Below are positions 63,172 through 64,000 of a DNA stretch of 64,000 nucleotides, one piece after another (position 1 is the stretch's first letter; the number at the start of each line of letters is the position of its first letter). This DNA comes from Mustelus asterias (lineage: Eukaryota). A program made the position numbers and the translations under genes. The DNA lies in NCBI RefSeq assembly GCF_964213995.1, contig NW_027590388.1, positions 310,001 to 374,000 on the forward strand, in the 5' to 3' direction. The notes under the pieces were generated by a model, which saw nothing but the letters and a program-made list of their open reading frames with translations, was not told the origin of the DNA and did not search any database.

Positions 63172-64000
63172 TCATAGAAACCCTACAGTGCAGAAGGAGG
63201 CCATTCGGCCCATCGAGTCTGCACCGACCACAATCCCACCCAGGCTCTACCCCCACATATTTACCCGCTAATCACTCTAACTACACATCTCAGGGACAAT
63301 TTTTAACCTGGCCAATCAACCTAACCCACACATCTTTGGACTGTGGGAGGAAACCGGAGCATCCGGAGGAAACCCACGCAGACACGAGGAGAATGTGCAA
63401 ACTCCACACAGACAGTGACCCGAGCCGGGAATCGAACCCGGGACCCTGGAGCTGTGAAGCAGCAGTGCTAACCACTGTGCTACCGTGCTGCCCAAGTCAT
63501 AGAGCTTTATAGCATGGAAACAGGCCCTTCTGCCCAACTAGTCCCTGCCACCCTTTTTTTTAACCACTAAGCTAGTCCCAATTACCTGCATTTGGCCCAT
63601 ATCCCTGTCGACCCATCTTACCCATGTAGCTGTCTGAACGCTTTTTAAAAGACAAAATTGTACCCGTCTCTATTACTATCTTTGGCAGCTTGTTCCAGAC
63701 ACTCACCACCCTCTGTGAAAAACTTGCCCCTCTCGACAAATTTGTATCTCTCCCCTCTCACCTTAAACCTATGCCCTCTAGTTTTCCCCTACCTCTGGGA
63801 AAATATGTTGATTAGCTAACTGATCTATGGCCCTCATTATCTTATAGACCTCTATTCTCACCCCTAGGTCCTCCTAAGTCTCCTGCTCTCCAGGGAAAAA
63901 TGTCCCAGCCTATCCAGCCTCTCCTTATAACTCAAACCATTAAGTCCTGGTAACATCCTAATAAATTATTTCTACATTCTTTCTAGTTTAATAATCTTCT
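63172..64000 (-). mobile_element. HE1 SINE (63172-63495) followed by a CR1 3' end
   Basis: Reverse SINE head at 63460-63494; downstream sequence homologous to 22560-23040. Confidence 0.85.

Noticed and set aside
62253-63271. Long ORFs as candidate leader or V-domain exon of the Ig receptor
   Set aside because: Low-complexity sequence with no Ig Cys/Trp pattern; the receptor's 5' exons were not found in the window.

Overview
Eukaryotic genomic DNA from a cartilaginous fish, almost certainly a shark (HE1-type tRNA-derived SINEs, CR1/HER1 LINEs, Penelope and Rex1/Babar elements). It has four zones. (1) 1-14.5 kb: a cluster of C2H2 zinc-finger genes and pseudogenes with no recognisable KRAB domain and NRF1/CCAAT/GC-box promoters. 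(2) 20-46 kb: four T-cell-receptor alpha/delta-type V segments, all on the minus strand and each with a 23-bp-spacer RSS. One V exon is intact and three are pseudogenes. They are interleaved with tRNA genes/pseudogenes (Val x3, Arg, an intron-bearing Pro), and part of this zone is a duplicated V+tRNA cassette. No D, J or C segment was recognised. (3) 48.7-53.5 kb: four phase-compatible minus-strand exons of an Ig-superfamily receptor with a SLAM/CD2-like C2 domain, an uncharged TM helix and a long tail carrying 25-aa repeats and a canonical ITAM; its 5' exons were not found in the window. (4) 53.6-64 kb: nested retroelements. Penelope pseudo-LTRs carry minimal hammerhead ribozyme motifs with covarying helices. 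All calls were made by eye, without database searches.
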